NCBI GenBank assembly: GCA_012338575.1
Contig: GCA_012338575.1_3616.1
DNA length: 64,000 nt
Origin: a phage
Strand: one strand, 5' to 3'
Position numbers and translations under genes: made by a program. Shown one piece after another: positions 55,265 through 63,248 of this stretch; position 1 is the first letter of the stretch, and the number at the start of each line of letters is the position of its first letter. The notes below the pieces were generated by a model, which made no database searches, was not told the DNA's origin, and was given only the letters and a program-made list of their open reading frames with translations.

Positions 55265-55361
55265 GCTAGGTAAGCCCTTTGGCAAGGGCGAGGATTTTTA
55301 ATCCTGAAAATAGACGAGGTAGTCGTTGAATACATAGGTGGTTCGATTCCATCACCTAGCA
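55265..55361 (+). other. aberrant tRNA-like element (canonical acceptor, D- and T-arms; anticodon region replaced/expanded)
   Basis: Acceptor GCTAGGT/ACCTAGC, D-arm GCCC-TTTGGCAA-GGGC, T-arm GGTGG-TTCGATT-CCATC, but middle is AGGATT-TTT-AATCCT hairpin plus about 30 extra nt; no encoded CCA. Confidence 0.4.
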
Positions 55362-55368
55362 CCTTTTT

Positions 55369-55444
55369 GCTGATGTAGCACAATTGGTAGTGCAATTGAT
55401 TTGTAATCAATAGGTTGCAGGTTCAAGTCCTGCCATCAGCACCA
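55369..55444 (+). tRNA. tRNA-Thr (anticodon TGT)
   Basis: Acceptor GCTGATG/CATCAGC, D-arm GCAC-AATTGGTA-GTGC, anticodon stem ATTGA/TCAAT loop TTTGTAA, T-arm GCAGG-TTCAAGT-CCTGC, CCA. Confidence 0.85.
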
Positions 55445-55445
55445 T

Positions 55446-55520
55446 GGCCCTGTAGCTGGAAGGTTCAAGCAAGCGACTCATAATCGCCAGACGGTGGTTC
55501 AATTCCACCCAGGGCCACCA
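55446..55520 (+). tRNA. tRNA-Met (anticodon CAT; elongator or Ile2-type)
   Basis: Acceptor GGCCCTG/CAGGGCC, anticodon loop CTCATAA, T-arm GGTGG-TTCAATT-CCACC, CCA; paired 1:72 argues against initiator. Confidence 0.75.
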
Positions 55521-55531
55521 AATAGTAAATA

Positions 55532-55608
55532 CTCCGCGTAGCTCAGCTTGGTAGAGCGCCTGATTTGGGATCAGGAGGTCGAGTGTTCGAATCACTCCGT
55601 GGAGACCA
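55532..55608 (+). tRNA. tRNA-Pro (anticodon TGG)
   Basis: Acceptor CTCCGCG/CGTGGAG, D-arm GCTC-AGCTTGGTA-GAGC, anticodon stem CCTGA/TCAGG loop TTTGGGA, T-arm GAGTG-TTCGAAT-CACTC, CCA. Confidence 0.85.
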
Positions 55609-55654
55609 CTTTCAGTTATACTTTAAACATATACAAACAAAAGGAACCTTTAAA

Positions 55655-55924
55655 ATGTATACACTTAAAATTGTAGAGCGTGTAAATCCAACCCATACCG
55701 TAGATTTTCGTGACGATTTCAATCCTCTGGCTGTAAATCTTCGAGAGTCATATCATGAACTCAGCTGCGATGCAGTGGTGGTCTTTTTTGAAGACAACTC
55801 TGAAGGGGCAGTAGCTTGTGTTGTTGATAGTGAGCAGAAGTTTTATATTTACAGAGATGTAGATGCATACTTGATGAATGAAAATGCAGTTACTGTTAGA
55901 ATCATCCACCGAGTGCCTCGATAA
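55655..55924 (+). CDS. hypothetical protein (89 aa)
   Basis: ATG 55655 after AAAGGAA; track ORF start lies inside tRNA-Pro. Confidence 0.5.
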   Translation: MYTLKIVERVNPTHTVDFRDDFNPLAVNLRESYHELSCDAVVVFFEDNSEGAVACVVDSEQKFYIYRDVDAYLMNENAVTVRIIHRVPR

Positions 55925-55977
55925 GTATTAGTCTCCTTTTAGTTAGTTTCGATCTATTTAGGTTACTCAATTTTAAC

Positions 55978-56011
55978 CCGCCCCGTTAGCTGTATAGCTG
56001 CGGGGTTTTTT
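55978..56011 (+). terminator. rho-independent terminator
   Basis: CCCCG..AGCTGTATAGCT..CGGGG followed by TTTTTT. Confidence 0.65.
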
Positions 56012-56029
56012 CGTTTCTGGAGCCTTAAA

Positions 56030-56428
56030 ATGATTTCAGGTTTAACATGGCTGAGTAGGTATAGAGGGATCATAAAAGGTTTAGTTTTTGCAGCGGCTAT
56101 AGGTACAGCTTATCTTGGGGCCGTGTATTGGTTTAACTCTAAGCTTAATGATGCCTACCAAGAGGGTGTGTCAGCAACAGAGTTAAAGTGGGAACGGATC
56201 CTTGATCAGCAACAAAAGCAGGCCGACAAAATTAAAATGGGCCACGCAGAGGAGGTTAAAAACCTTGAAAAATCTCTTTCTGACCTACAGGATAAATTAA
56301 ACATGGCTGAGAAGGCAGGTAAAGAAAAGCAGATTATCTACCTCCAATCACCTGAAGGTAAGAAGTCAACACTCCCTGATCAGCTTATAGATATTTATAA
56401 TGAGAGTATCAATCAGGAGGATCGATGA
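56030..56428 (+). CDS. i-spanin (Rz-like inner-membrane spanin)
   Basis: N-terminal TM helix LVFAAAIGTAYLGAVYWF then periplasmic coiled-coil; immediately precedes lipoprotein gene. Confidence 0.55.
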   Translation: MISGLTWLSRYRGIIKGLVFAAAIGTAYLGAVYWFNSKLNDAYQEGVSATELKWERILDQQQKQADKIKMGHAEEVKNLEKSLSDLQDKLNMAEKAGKEKQIIYLQSPEGKKSTLPDQLIDIYNESINQEDR

Positions 56429-56712
56429 GAGTTGCTACACTGTTTATTGCGTGCTTGTTATTATGTGGGTGTGCAACCAGTGTTGAGAAAGAATACAAGA
56501 TTGACCCTCCAGATGTAGGAAGGTTGATTGTTAAACCCCCGGAAGGTGCCATGAAACCACCTGCTAAAGCTATACCTTTAAAGAAAGGTGCGCCAGATGC
56601 GGTGAATTCTGGCATTATGAGGGATAATAATCTGTCTTGTAGCAATGATAGAGCTAAATTGATCATTTTGCAAGACTATATTAGAACACTGTTTCCAAAG
56701 GAGAGAGGTTAA
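56425..56712 (+). CDS. o-spanin (Rz1-like outer-membrane lipoprotein)
   Basis: Signal peptide MRVATLFIACLLLCGC with lipobox Cys; Pro-rich mature part; ATGA overlap with i-spanin. Confidence 0.55.
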   Translation: MRVATLFIACLLLCGCATSVEKEYKIDPPDVGRLIVKPPEGAMKPPAKAIPLKKGAPDAVNSGIMRDNNLSCSNDRAKLIILQDYIRTLFPKERG

Positions 56713-57137
56713 TGTCTAAGATTTACGGACCGTGTTCTGAAAAGCAGAAGATGATCCTCGAAAACGATGCAGATATTTTGGTAATCGGCGGTGCCGCAGG
56801 GTCTGGCAAGTCGTTCCTTTTGCAGTTGATGCCGCTTAAAATTATTGATGACCCCCACAGCTCTGTGGTTATGTTCCGAAGAACAACTCCACAGTTGGAG
56901 GGTGAGGGTGGACTATGGCCTAAAGCAGTAGCTATTTATAGTGATCTGCCTGAAAACATTAAGCCAAAGTTCAGAGAGAAGGATCATAAGTTCATTTTTC
57001 CACGGTTTGATCCTAACACTGGTAAGTGGGATAGAAGCAAAAAGGGAGCTGTTGTAAAATACTGCCACATGGAGTATGTACAAGATAAGCTTAACCATCA
57101 AGGGCTTGAGTACACCATGGTTTGCTTCGATGAGGGT
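56712..57137 (+). CDS. terminase large subunit, exon 1 (ATPase Walker A/B)
   Basis: Walker A GGAAGSGKS, Walker B MVCFDEG; reading frame hits stop at 57138-57140 inside intron. Confidence 0.75.
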
Positions 57138-57456
57138 TAATTTGTAGCTCTCGTAAAACCTCCCTAATTGCGGGGAAATCTTTATTATTGACACCACCAA
57201 CCTGTTATGGTAACATGATAGAGGCTTCGAAGAGAGATCGAAGGTATGGTAACAGTGTGTTAATTTAGATAATCCGCAGCGAAGCATCCGAGGGGATGAA
57301 CGTTCAACGACTAGTCGAAAGACGTAGAATCAAGCGATTCGAAACGGGAGGGTAAGCGGTTGTTGTCGCTTATAAGATATAGTCTGGTCTGCATGGAGAC
57401 ATGCAGCTGCCTGAAAATGGCGGGGCAAGACTAGCGACCTTGCCCGAACATAAACG
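57138..57456 (+). mobile_element. group I intron (ORF-less, td-like) interrupting terminase large subunit gene
   Basis: 319 nt without ORF; begins TAATTTG after exon T, ends ...GAACATAAACG; contains AGTCTGGTCTGCATGGAGACATGCAGCTG, AACGACTA, CGAAACG strings recalled from T4 td intron; splicing 57137/57457 is in frame. Confidence 0.75.
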
Positions 57457-58578
57457 ACACAATTCGAATGGGAGCAGATAGACTACCTGATGTCTCGTCT
57501 GCGATCTCAGTCAAAGTATCCATCAAGGATGGTTATCAGCTGTAACCCCGATTCAGAACACATGCTTGCCAAACTGGTTAGATGGTGGTTGGACGATGAA
57601 GGGTATCCAGATCCGGAGAAATGCGGTAAGAAAAGATATTTTATCCGACGCGACGGTGAATTTATTTGGGGAGACTCTAAGGAAGAGTTGATAGAGAAAT
57701 ACACCACGGTTAACGGACTGGGTGTAGAGATCAAGCCAAGACCGTTGTCATTCTCGTTCATAGGCGCAACAATATTCGATAATCCTGTCTGTTTGAGAGA
57801 CAACCCAGAATACCTTGCTTTCCTTGAAGGCCTGCCAGAACTTGAAAAAGCCCAGCTTCTTCATGGCAACTGGTTTGCAAAGCCTGAGGGTGCAAACTAT
57901 TTTCAAAGATCTTTCCTTCGTGATGCCGATAGAGTACCCCTTGGATCAGTATCTTGCAGGGCATGGGATAAGGCAGGAACCGAGAGAACTTCCGGTAATA
58001 AATTTCCTGACTTTACCGCCAGTGTTAAGGTAAGTAAAGATAGCGACGGCTTTTATTACCTGTCCGGTGATTATTGTCCTGAGAACGTGGATGACGGGAG
58101 GTATTCCACAGGTCTGGAAGGTAAGTTCTGTAAAAAGGCTGGTGAACGAGATGTGATCATCAGGAAACAGGCGCAGTTTGATGGTGATGATTGTATAATC
58201 GTATTCTCTGTGGACCCCGGTCAGGCAGGTAAGAGTGAGTTCTTAACATCCTCCAGATCCTTGCTTGCCGAAGGGTTTAGGGTTGAAGAAGACCCAATGC
58301 CTTCCAACAAATCTAAACTGACAAGGTTCTCACCTTTTGCCAATCTTGCCCAACAAGGAATGGTTAGGATTGTAAAATCCAGTTTCCATCCTGATACTCT
58401 GGAAGCATTTCTGACTGAACTTGAAAAATTCAACGGGGAAAGATCAACATTTAACAGGAAAGACGACTGGGCCGACTGTGTAGCTTCTGCGATTAATTTC
58501 CTGGAGAAAGAGGAGGTAGCACTTCCTTGTGTGATTCCATCAATCTCATCACCTTCTATGTTCAAGCGTTTTATCTAA
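57457..58578 (+). CDS. terminase large subunit, exon 2 (nuclease domain)
   Basis: Frame open from 57457 (TQFEWEQIDYLMSRL...); 373 aa C-terminal part; followed by terminator. Confidence 0.7.
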   Translation, partial: TQFEWEQIDYLMSRLRSQSKYPSRMVISCNPDSEHMLAKLVRWWLDDEGYPDPEKCGKKRYFIRRDGEFIWGDSKEELIEKYTTVNGLGVEIKPRPLSFSFIGATIFDNPVCLRDNPEYLAFLEGLPELEKAQLLHGNWFAKPEGANYFQRSFLRDADRVPLGSVSCRAWDKAGTERTSGNKFPDFTASVKVSKDSDGFYYLSGDYCPENVDDGRYSTGLEGKFCKKAGERDVIIRKQAQFDGDDCIIVFSVDPGQAGKSEFLTSSRSLLAEGFRVEEDPMPSNKSKLTRFSPFANLAQQGMVRIVKSSFHPDTLEAFLTELEKFNGERSTFNRKDDWADCVASAINFLEKEEVALPCVIPSISSPSMFKRFI

Positions 58579-58628
58579 GTGTTGCCAATCTTAATTAGAT
58601 GTGGTAGAATAGAGTAATCGGAGATACT

Positions 58629-58656
58629 AGCCCTCTAACACGAGGGCTATTTTGTT
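58629..58656 (+). terminator. rho-independent terminator
   Basis: AGCCCTC-taacac-GAGGGCT followed by ATTTTGTT. Confidence 0.6.
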
Positions 58657-58680
58657 ATACTGTTTTGAGGGGTAAAGCTT

Positions 58681-60237
58681 GTGTCCAAAAAGAACCGCAG
58701 GAAACACAACGCCACAGCCAAAACTGTGAATAAATCTGGGAACGCAGGCGCACCAACTCATAATGTTCGTATGAGTGAGATCGGTTCTGGCGCACTTTCC
58801 CAAATTATGGCAGAATCGCAATCTATGATGGTTGAGGAATTGCGTTGGCCTCAGCTGATTGCCACAGTGGAGACTATGAAATGTGATTCCACAGTTGCTA
58901 CTGCCTTAGATACAAAATATGTTTTCATCACGAAAGCATTCAATGATTTTAAGATCCTTTATAATGTTAAAAGTGAAGACTCTAAGAAAGCTGCCGAGCT
59001 TATAGAGTATTCTTTGCGTAATTTGGCAAACCAACAAACTCTTCGAGATATTGCAAGAAGCGCAGCTACCTTTAACGAGTATGGTTTTTCACTGTTTGAG
59101 AAAGTATACCGCAGAGAGAAAGAAGGTAAATATGCCGGGATGCTTCTTATTGATAAAATTGCATTCCGACCTCAGGCCAGTTTGTCCAGATCAGAGCCGT
59201 TTGTCTTTGACAAGAATAGTAGAACACTGACAGGTATTTATCAGTCACCTAATGCATTTCTAAACACTCAGAATGCACGCTGGGCTGGACCTCTTGCTGC
59301 AATGCCTTCAAAAGGCTTTAATGAGCCTGAAATTTTCATCCCTGCTAAAAAGCTTATGCTCATGACCCTGTCAGGAACAGAATCTAACCCTGCAGGTGTG
59401 TCACCTATGATAGGTTGCTACAGATCTTTCCGTGAGAAAGTTCTGATTGAAAACCTTGAGGTTGTTGGCTGTTCCAAAGACCTTGGTGGTGTGCTTGAGC
59501 TGAAAATTCCTTCCAATATTTTGAACAAGGCCAGCATTGACCCGAATTCAATGGAAGGGAGAATGGTTGCAGATCTTATGCTTGACGCAGCAAATGCCCA
59601 TAGTGGGGAGCAAAGTTTCTTTATACTTCCGTCTGATAGAGATAAGTCTGGTAAAGAGCTTTACTCCATGACCCTGAAGGGGGTTGATGGTATGGGTAAG
59701 CAGTATTCGACTAAAGATTTGATTGATGCCCGTAAGAAGGCGATTCTTGACCGTTTCGGTGCTGGCTTTATTAACCTCGGTAACGATAACGTTGGATCCT
59801 TCTCTCTGTCTGAGTCAAAACAGTCTATCCATGGTCATTTTGTTCAGCGTGATATAGATATTATCACTGAAGCCTTCAATAAGGATCTTATTCCACAGCT
59901 TCTGGCATTGAATGGTATCATCCTTGAAGATGATGATATGCCTAAACTGAAACCTGGTCTGATTGAAGAGGTGGACATGGAGAGCTTCTCCAAGTTTGTC
60001 CAGAGGATCGGTGCTGTAGGTTACTTGCCAAAAACTCCTGCAGTAATTAATAAGATTCTTGAAGTAGGCGGGTTTGATGAAAGATTTGACGAGGACATGG
60101 ATCAGGAAGAGCTGATGAAGCTCTTGGGCCAGGACATCAGTAGGGCTGGTGATGGAATGGCTGCAGGATCCACTGGTAACGGCACTTCTAAGATGTCATC
60201 AACCAGAGATAATTCCATATCCAACATGGAAAATTAA
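58681..60237 (+). CDS. portal protein (GTG start)
   Basis: 518-aa ORF immediately after terminase with SD GAGGGG; size and position typical of portal. Confidence 0.6.
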   Translation: MSKKNRRKHNATAKTVNKSGNAGAPTHNVRMSEIGSGALSQIMAESQSMMVEELRWPQLIATVETMKCDSTVATALDTKYVFITKAFNDFKILYNVKSEDSKKAAELIEYSLRNLANQQTLRDIARSAATFNEYGFSLFEKVYRREKEGKYAGMLLIDKIAFRPQASLSRSEPFVFDKNSRTLTGIYQSPNAFLNTQNARWAGPLAAMPSKGFNEPEIFIPAKKLMLMTLSGTESNPAGVSPMIGCYRSFREKVLIENLEVVGCSKDLGGVLELKIPSNILNKASIDPNSMEGRMVADLMLDAANAHSGEQSFFILPSDRDKSGKELYSMTLKGVDGMGKQYSTKDLIDARKKAILDRFGAGFINLGNDNVGSFSLSESKQSIHGHFVQRDIDIITEAFNKDLIPQLLALNGIILEDDDMPKLKPGLIEEVDMESFSKFVQRIGAVGYLPKTPAVINKILEVGGFDERFDEDMDQEELMKLLGQDISRAGDGMAAGSTGNGTSKMSSTRDNSISNMEN

Positions 60238-60304
60238 AAATTATCAACACAGGGGGTTGCAAAACCTCCTTTGGCGTGATAAAATAATCCACATGGGGAA
60301 TAAG

Positions 60305-60724
60305 ATGCCACAGGAAGAAATGATTTCCTACGAAATCATCTACGAACCTGACACTAAAGATGCTCACGGTGAGTGGATGAGTAAAGACACCATCAAAAAG
60401 GCTAAAGATAATTGGGACGCAGCATACGCCGCAGGCCTAGTTTCTGAAAACCTTTTTCACTTGACCTCTACAGATGCTTTCACTATTGAAAAGACGTGGA
60501 TTCAAGAAGAGTTTGATGTTGTAGTAATTGGCACTGAGCAGGTCATCAAGGCTGGCTCTTGGGTTGCTAAAGTTAAATACAATAATCCTGAACTATGGGA
60601 AGCTAAGAAGGCTGGCATTGTTGGTGGCCTAAGCATTCAGGCAACAGGTAATGTTGATGAAGAAACTGGTGAAATTACCAACGTAAACTTCGGGATCAGT
60701 GTTGTAGAAGAGGGCAATGAATAA
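60305..60724 (+). CDS. head morphogenesis protein (function unclear)
   Basis: ATG 60305 after GGGGAA; between portal and scaffold genes. Confidence 0.45.
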   Translation: MPQEEMISYEIIYEPDTKDAHGEWMSKDTIKKAKDNWDAAYAAGLVSENLFHLTSTDAFTIEKTWIQEEFDVVVIGTEQVIKAGSWVAKVKYNNPELWEAKKAGIVGGLSIQATGNVDEETGEITNVNFGISVVEEGNE

Positions 60725-61701
60725 TGTCTGAAAAAACGATTACTATTAAAGAGAAGGGGATTGCCCTGTGCCACAAGGCGCAAGGCTATAGCGCTAACAA
60801 TAGACCTGTATCTCTTTTGATGAAGAGTGATCTTAAGCCTGAGCAGTTAACAGACGATATTGTTAAGGCACTTCGCCAAGTTACTGTGGAGCTTAGTTTT
60901 GAAGAATACCTGCGTCGTTTCTTCGATATGTGGTATGATGATGCTAAAGCACTTGCACACATGCTTGGTTTTGAGATTGAAGAGGAGGCTTGGGCTAAAG
61001 AGCATCCTGATTGGGAATGGGCGCAAGCTGACGCAGAGTCTTGTATTGCATGGCTGGAAGAGCGTTGTGATAACGTGACCATTCATAAGGCTGCAAAAGA
61101 AGGCAAGCAGCTTAGTGTGGTAGATCAGTACAGCCTGTTAAAAACACAACAGATTTTTGAACAAGTAACCGCTGATCTCTTCGATAAAGAAGGGAACCTG
61201 ATCAAGGCGGTACAGGAACCTGCTGAGGTGGATAAAACTACCGAGGTGGATGATGTTGCAAAATCCGCAAATACCGAGGAGAATCCGGTGGACGTAACCA
61301 AAACTAAAGAGTATCTGGATCTGCTGAAGCAAGTAGAAGAGCTGAAAGCAACCCAGAGTAAAGCTGAAGAAATCATCAAGGCCCAGGTTGAAGTTGAAAA
61401 AGCTAAAATGCTGACTAAGGCTCAAGCTTTAAGCTTTGTTGGTGAAGAAGATCACGCAACCCTGGTTGACTTCATGCTGGAAAAAGCTAACGAACCTATC
61501 GTAGCTATGCTGGAGAAAGCTCAAGCAAAAATTGAAGAGCTGGAAGCAGAGGTGCATAAAACTAAAGAAGAGTTTGCCACCACTGAACATGGTAATGATG
61601 GCGAACCTGTTGTGGATGATATTGCAAAATCCGCAGAAGAAATTCTTGCTGAAAACGTTGCAAAAGCACTTGCTCGTGCACGTGCAGAATCTAACAAATA
61701 A
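60724..61701 (+). CDS. putative scaffolding protein (acidic coiled-coil, internal VDD(V/I)AKSA repeat)
   Basis: Ala/Glu/Lys-rich helical sequence; located directly upstream of decoration and capsid genes. Confidence 0.5.
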   Translation: MSEKTITIKEKGIALCHKAQGYSANNRPVSLLMKSDLKPEQLTDDIVKALRQVTVELSFEEYLRRFFDMWYDDAKALAHMLGFEIEEEAWAKEHPDWEWAQADAESCIAWLEERCDNVTIHKAAKEGKQLSVVDQYSLLKTQQIFEQVTADLFDKEGNLIKAVQEPAEVDKTTEVDDVAKSANTEENPVDVTKTKEYLDLLKQVEELKATQSKAEEIIKAQVEVEKAKMLTKAQALSFVGEEDHATLVDFMLEKANEPIVAMLEKAQAKIEELEAEVHKTKEEFATTEHGNDGEPVVDDIAKSAEEILAENVAKALARARAESNK

Positions 61702-61721
61702 GACATTAACGGGGGAAATAA

Positions 61722-62111
61722 ATGATTACCGCTCAATATTCTGATATCGTGCTCGGCAAAGTTGATTCTAGCGATGCTGGCTACAATTTTAAAGAGATGG
61801 AAATTACACTGACAGAGCACCATCATGCTGGTACTGTTGTAACAAAAACTGGCACTATCGCTAACGATGATGGCTCAGACGTTTATGGCGTTCTCGTAGA
61901 CCGAGCTCTGGTAAAAGATGCAGGAAAAGTTCATCTCGCTGAGCCTCTGCAAACAGGTCAGAAATATAAACTGGTTGTTGCAGTTCATGGTGTTACCTTT
62001 GCAAAAGATAAGCTGCTGGGGTCTAACGGTGAAGCAGCTAAGCAGGCTGTTCTTGAAAAGCTGGAAGCTCTGGGTAACAAAGTTCACGTCCAGACTCTTG
62101 GTGAAGAGTAA
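61722..62111 (+). CDS. putative head decoration protein
   Basis: 129-aa ORF between scaffold and major capsid genes (lambda D-like position); highly expressed codon usage. Confidence 0.4.
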   Translation: MITAQYSDIVLGKVDSSDAGYNFKEMEITLTEHHHAGTVVTKTGTIANDDGSDVYGVLVDRALVKDAGKVHLAEPLQTGQKYKLVVAVHGVTFAKDKLLGSNGEAAKQAVLEKLEALGNKVHVQTLGEE

Positions 62112-62159
62112 GTCCTAAATTGTTCGGGAAAATATTTAAGTTTTACTTTGGAGAAATAA

Positions 62160-63167
62160 ATGATTACTCGTAAAGATGAATTTGGCATTGTTGATTTAGG
62201 TGCTACTCTGGACCTTGTTCCGCGTCAATTCCGCCTGATTACTGGTATGGATCTGTTCGAAACTCGTCTCGGCACCTCAACAATTGCTCAGATCGAGCGT
62301 GTTGATGAAGTTGTAACAGACATTCCGGCACGCCGTCGTGGTGGTGAGCGTAACTACGTTGGTAATGAACGTGCTCAGGTTAAAAACCTGAACATCCCGT
62401 TCTTCCCTCTGGATAAAGGCATCACTGCTGCAGATGTTCAGAACTTCCGTCGTTACTTCACTCCTGATGCTCCGAAAACTGTTCAGGACGTAGTAACCCG
62501 CGTTGTTCGCCGTATCCGTGTTTCCCATGAAGCACTGCGTGAGAAAGCGCTGTTCCAGGCTATTCTGGGTAAATCCTATGCACCTGGTGACGCTACCTGC
62601 CAGTATGACTACTACACTCTGTGGGGTGTGGATCAGAAGTCTGTTGAGATTGACCCTGCAAAAGCAGATCAGGACCCTATGGAGGTTCTGGAAGAAGCTC
62701 GTCTGCACATCGCACTGCAAGCTGGTGATAACGCAGCTGGCTATCGCATCGTAGCCCTGTGCTCACCGGAGTTCTTCAGTGCTGTTACCCATCACCCGCT
62801 GGTAGAACTGGCATACACCTATTACGGCTCTGCTCAGGAACCTCTGCGTCGCCGTCTGGGTGCGGGTGGTCAAGACAGCGTATACCGTGTGTTTGAGCAT
62901 AAAGGTATCACCTTTATCGAAGATATCTCTGGCAATATTCCTAAGAAAGAAGCTCGCATTCTGCCGATGGGTATTGATCAGATGTTCCAGCTGCACTTTG
63001 CTCCGGCAGACGATGTTAACGAAGCAAACACTCCAGCACAGGAACTGTACATGTGGTATAAACACTCTGCATACCTGCGTGAAGAGAAGATTGAATCTGA
63101 AACTTCCATGCTGGCAGTTAACACCCGCCCAGAGCTGGTTGTTAAAGCAACTCTGAAAGGTGACTAA
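62160..63167 (+). CDS. major capsid protein (lambda E-like family likely)
   Basis: 335 aa (lambda E about 341); strongly biased high-expression codons (CTG, CGT, GGT); followed by the strongest terminator in the window. Confidence 0.6.
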   Translation: MITRKDEFGIVDLGATLDLVPRQFRLITGMDLFETRLGTSTIAQIERVDEVVTDIPARRRGGERNYVGNERAQVKNLNIPFFPLDKGITAADVQNFRRYFTPDAPKTVQDVVTRVVRRIRVSHEALREKALFQAILGKSYAPGDATCQYDYYTLWGVDQKSVEIDPAKADQDPMEVLEEARLHIALQAGDNAAGYRIVALCSPEFFSAVTHHPLVELAYTYYGSAQEPLRRRLGAGGQDSVYRVFEHKGITFIEDISGNIPKKEARILPMGIDQMFQLHFAPADDVNEANTPAQELYMWYKHSAYLREEKIESETSMLAVNTRPELVVKATLKGD

Positions 63168-63189
63168 TCACTAATGTGATTCATCCCAT

Positions 63190-63225
63190 ATGGGGAGGGG
63201 GTTCTCCCCCTCCCCTTTTTATTTA
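63190..63225 (+). terminator. strong rho-independent terminator
   Basis: GGGGAGGGGG-ttct-CCCCCTCCCC followed by TTTTTATTT. Confidence 0.85.
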
Positions 63226-63248
63226 TTAGGGTTTAACAGGAGTGTCCC

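Noticed and set aside
55265-55361. Calling the tRNA-like element a normal tRNA-Lys(TTT)
   Set aside because: Requires a mismatched 4-bp anticodon stem and a variable region of about 30 nt; reported as aberrant tRNA-like instead.
60786-61425. Several minus-strand ORFs inside the scaffold gene region
   Set aside because: Antisense to a strongly codon-biased plus-strand structural gene; low-complexity Ser/Leu-rich translations.
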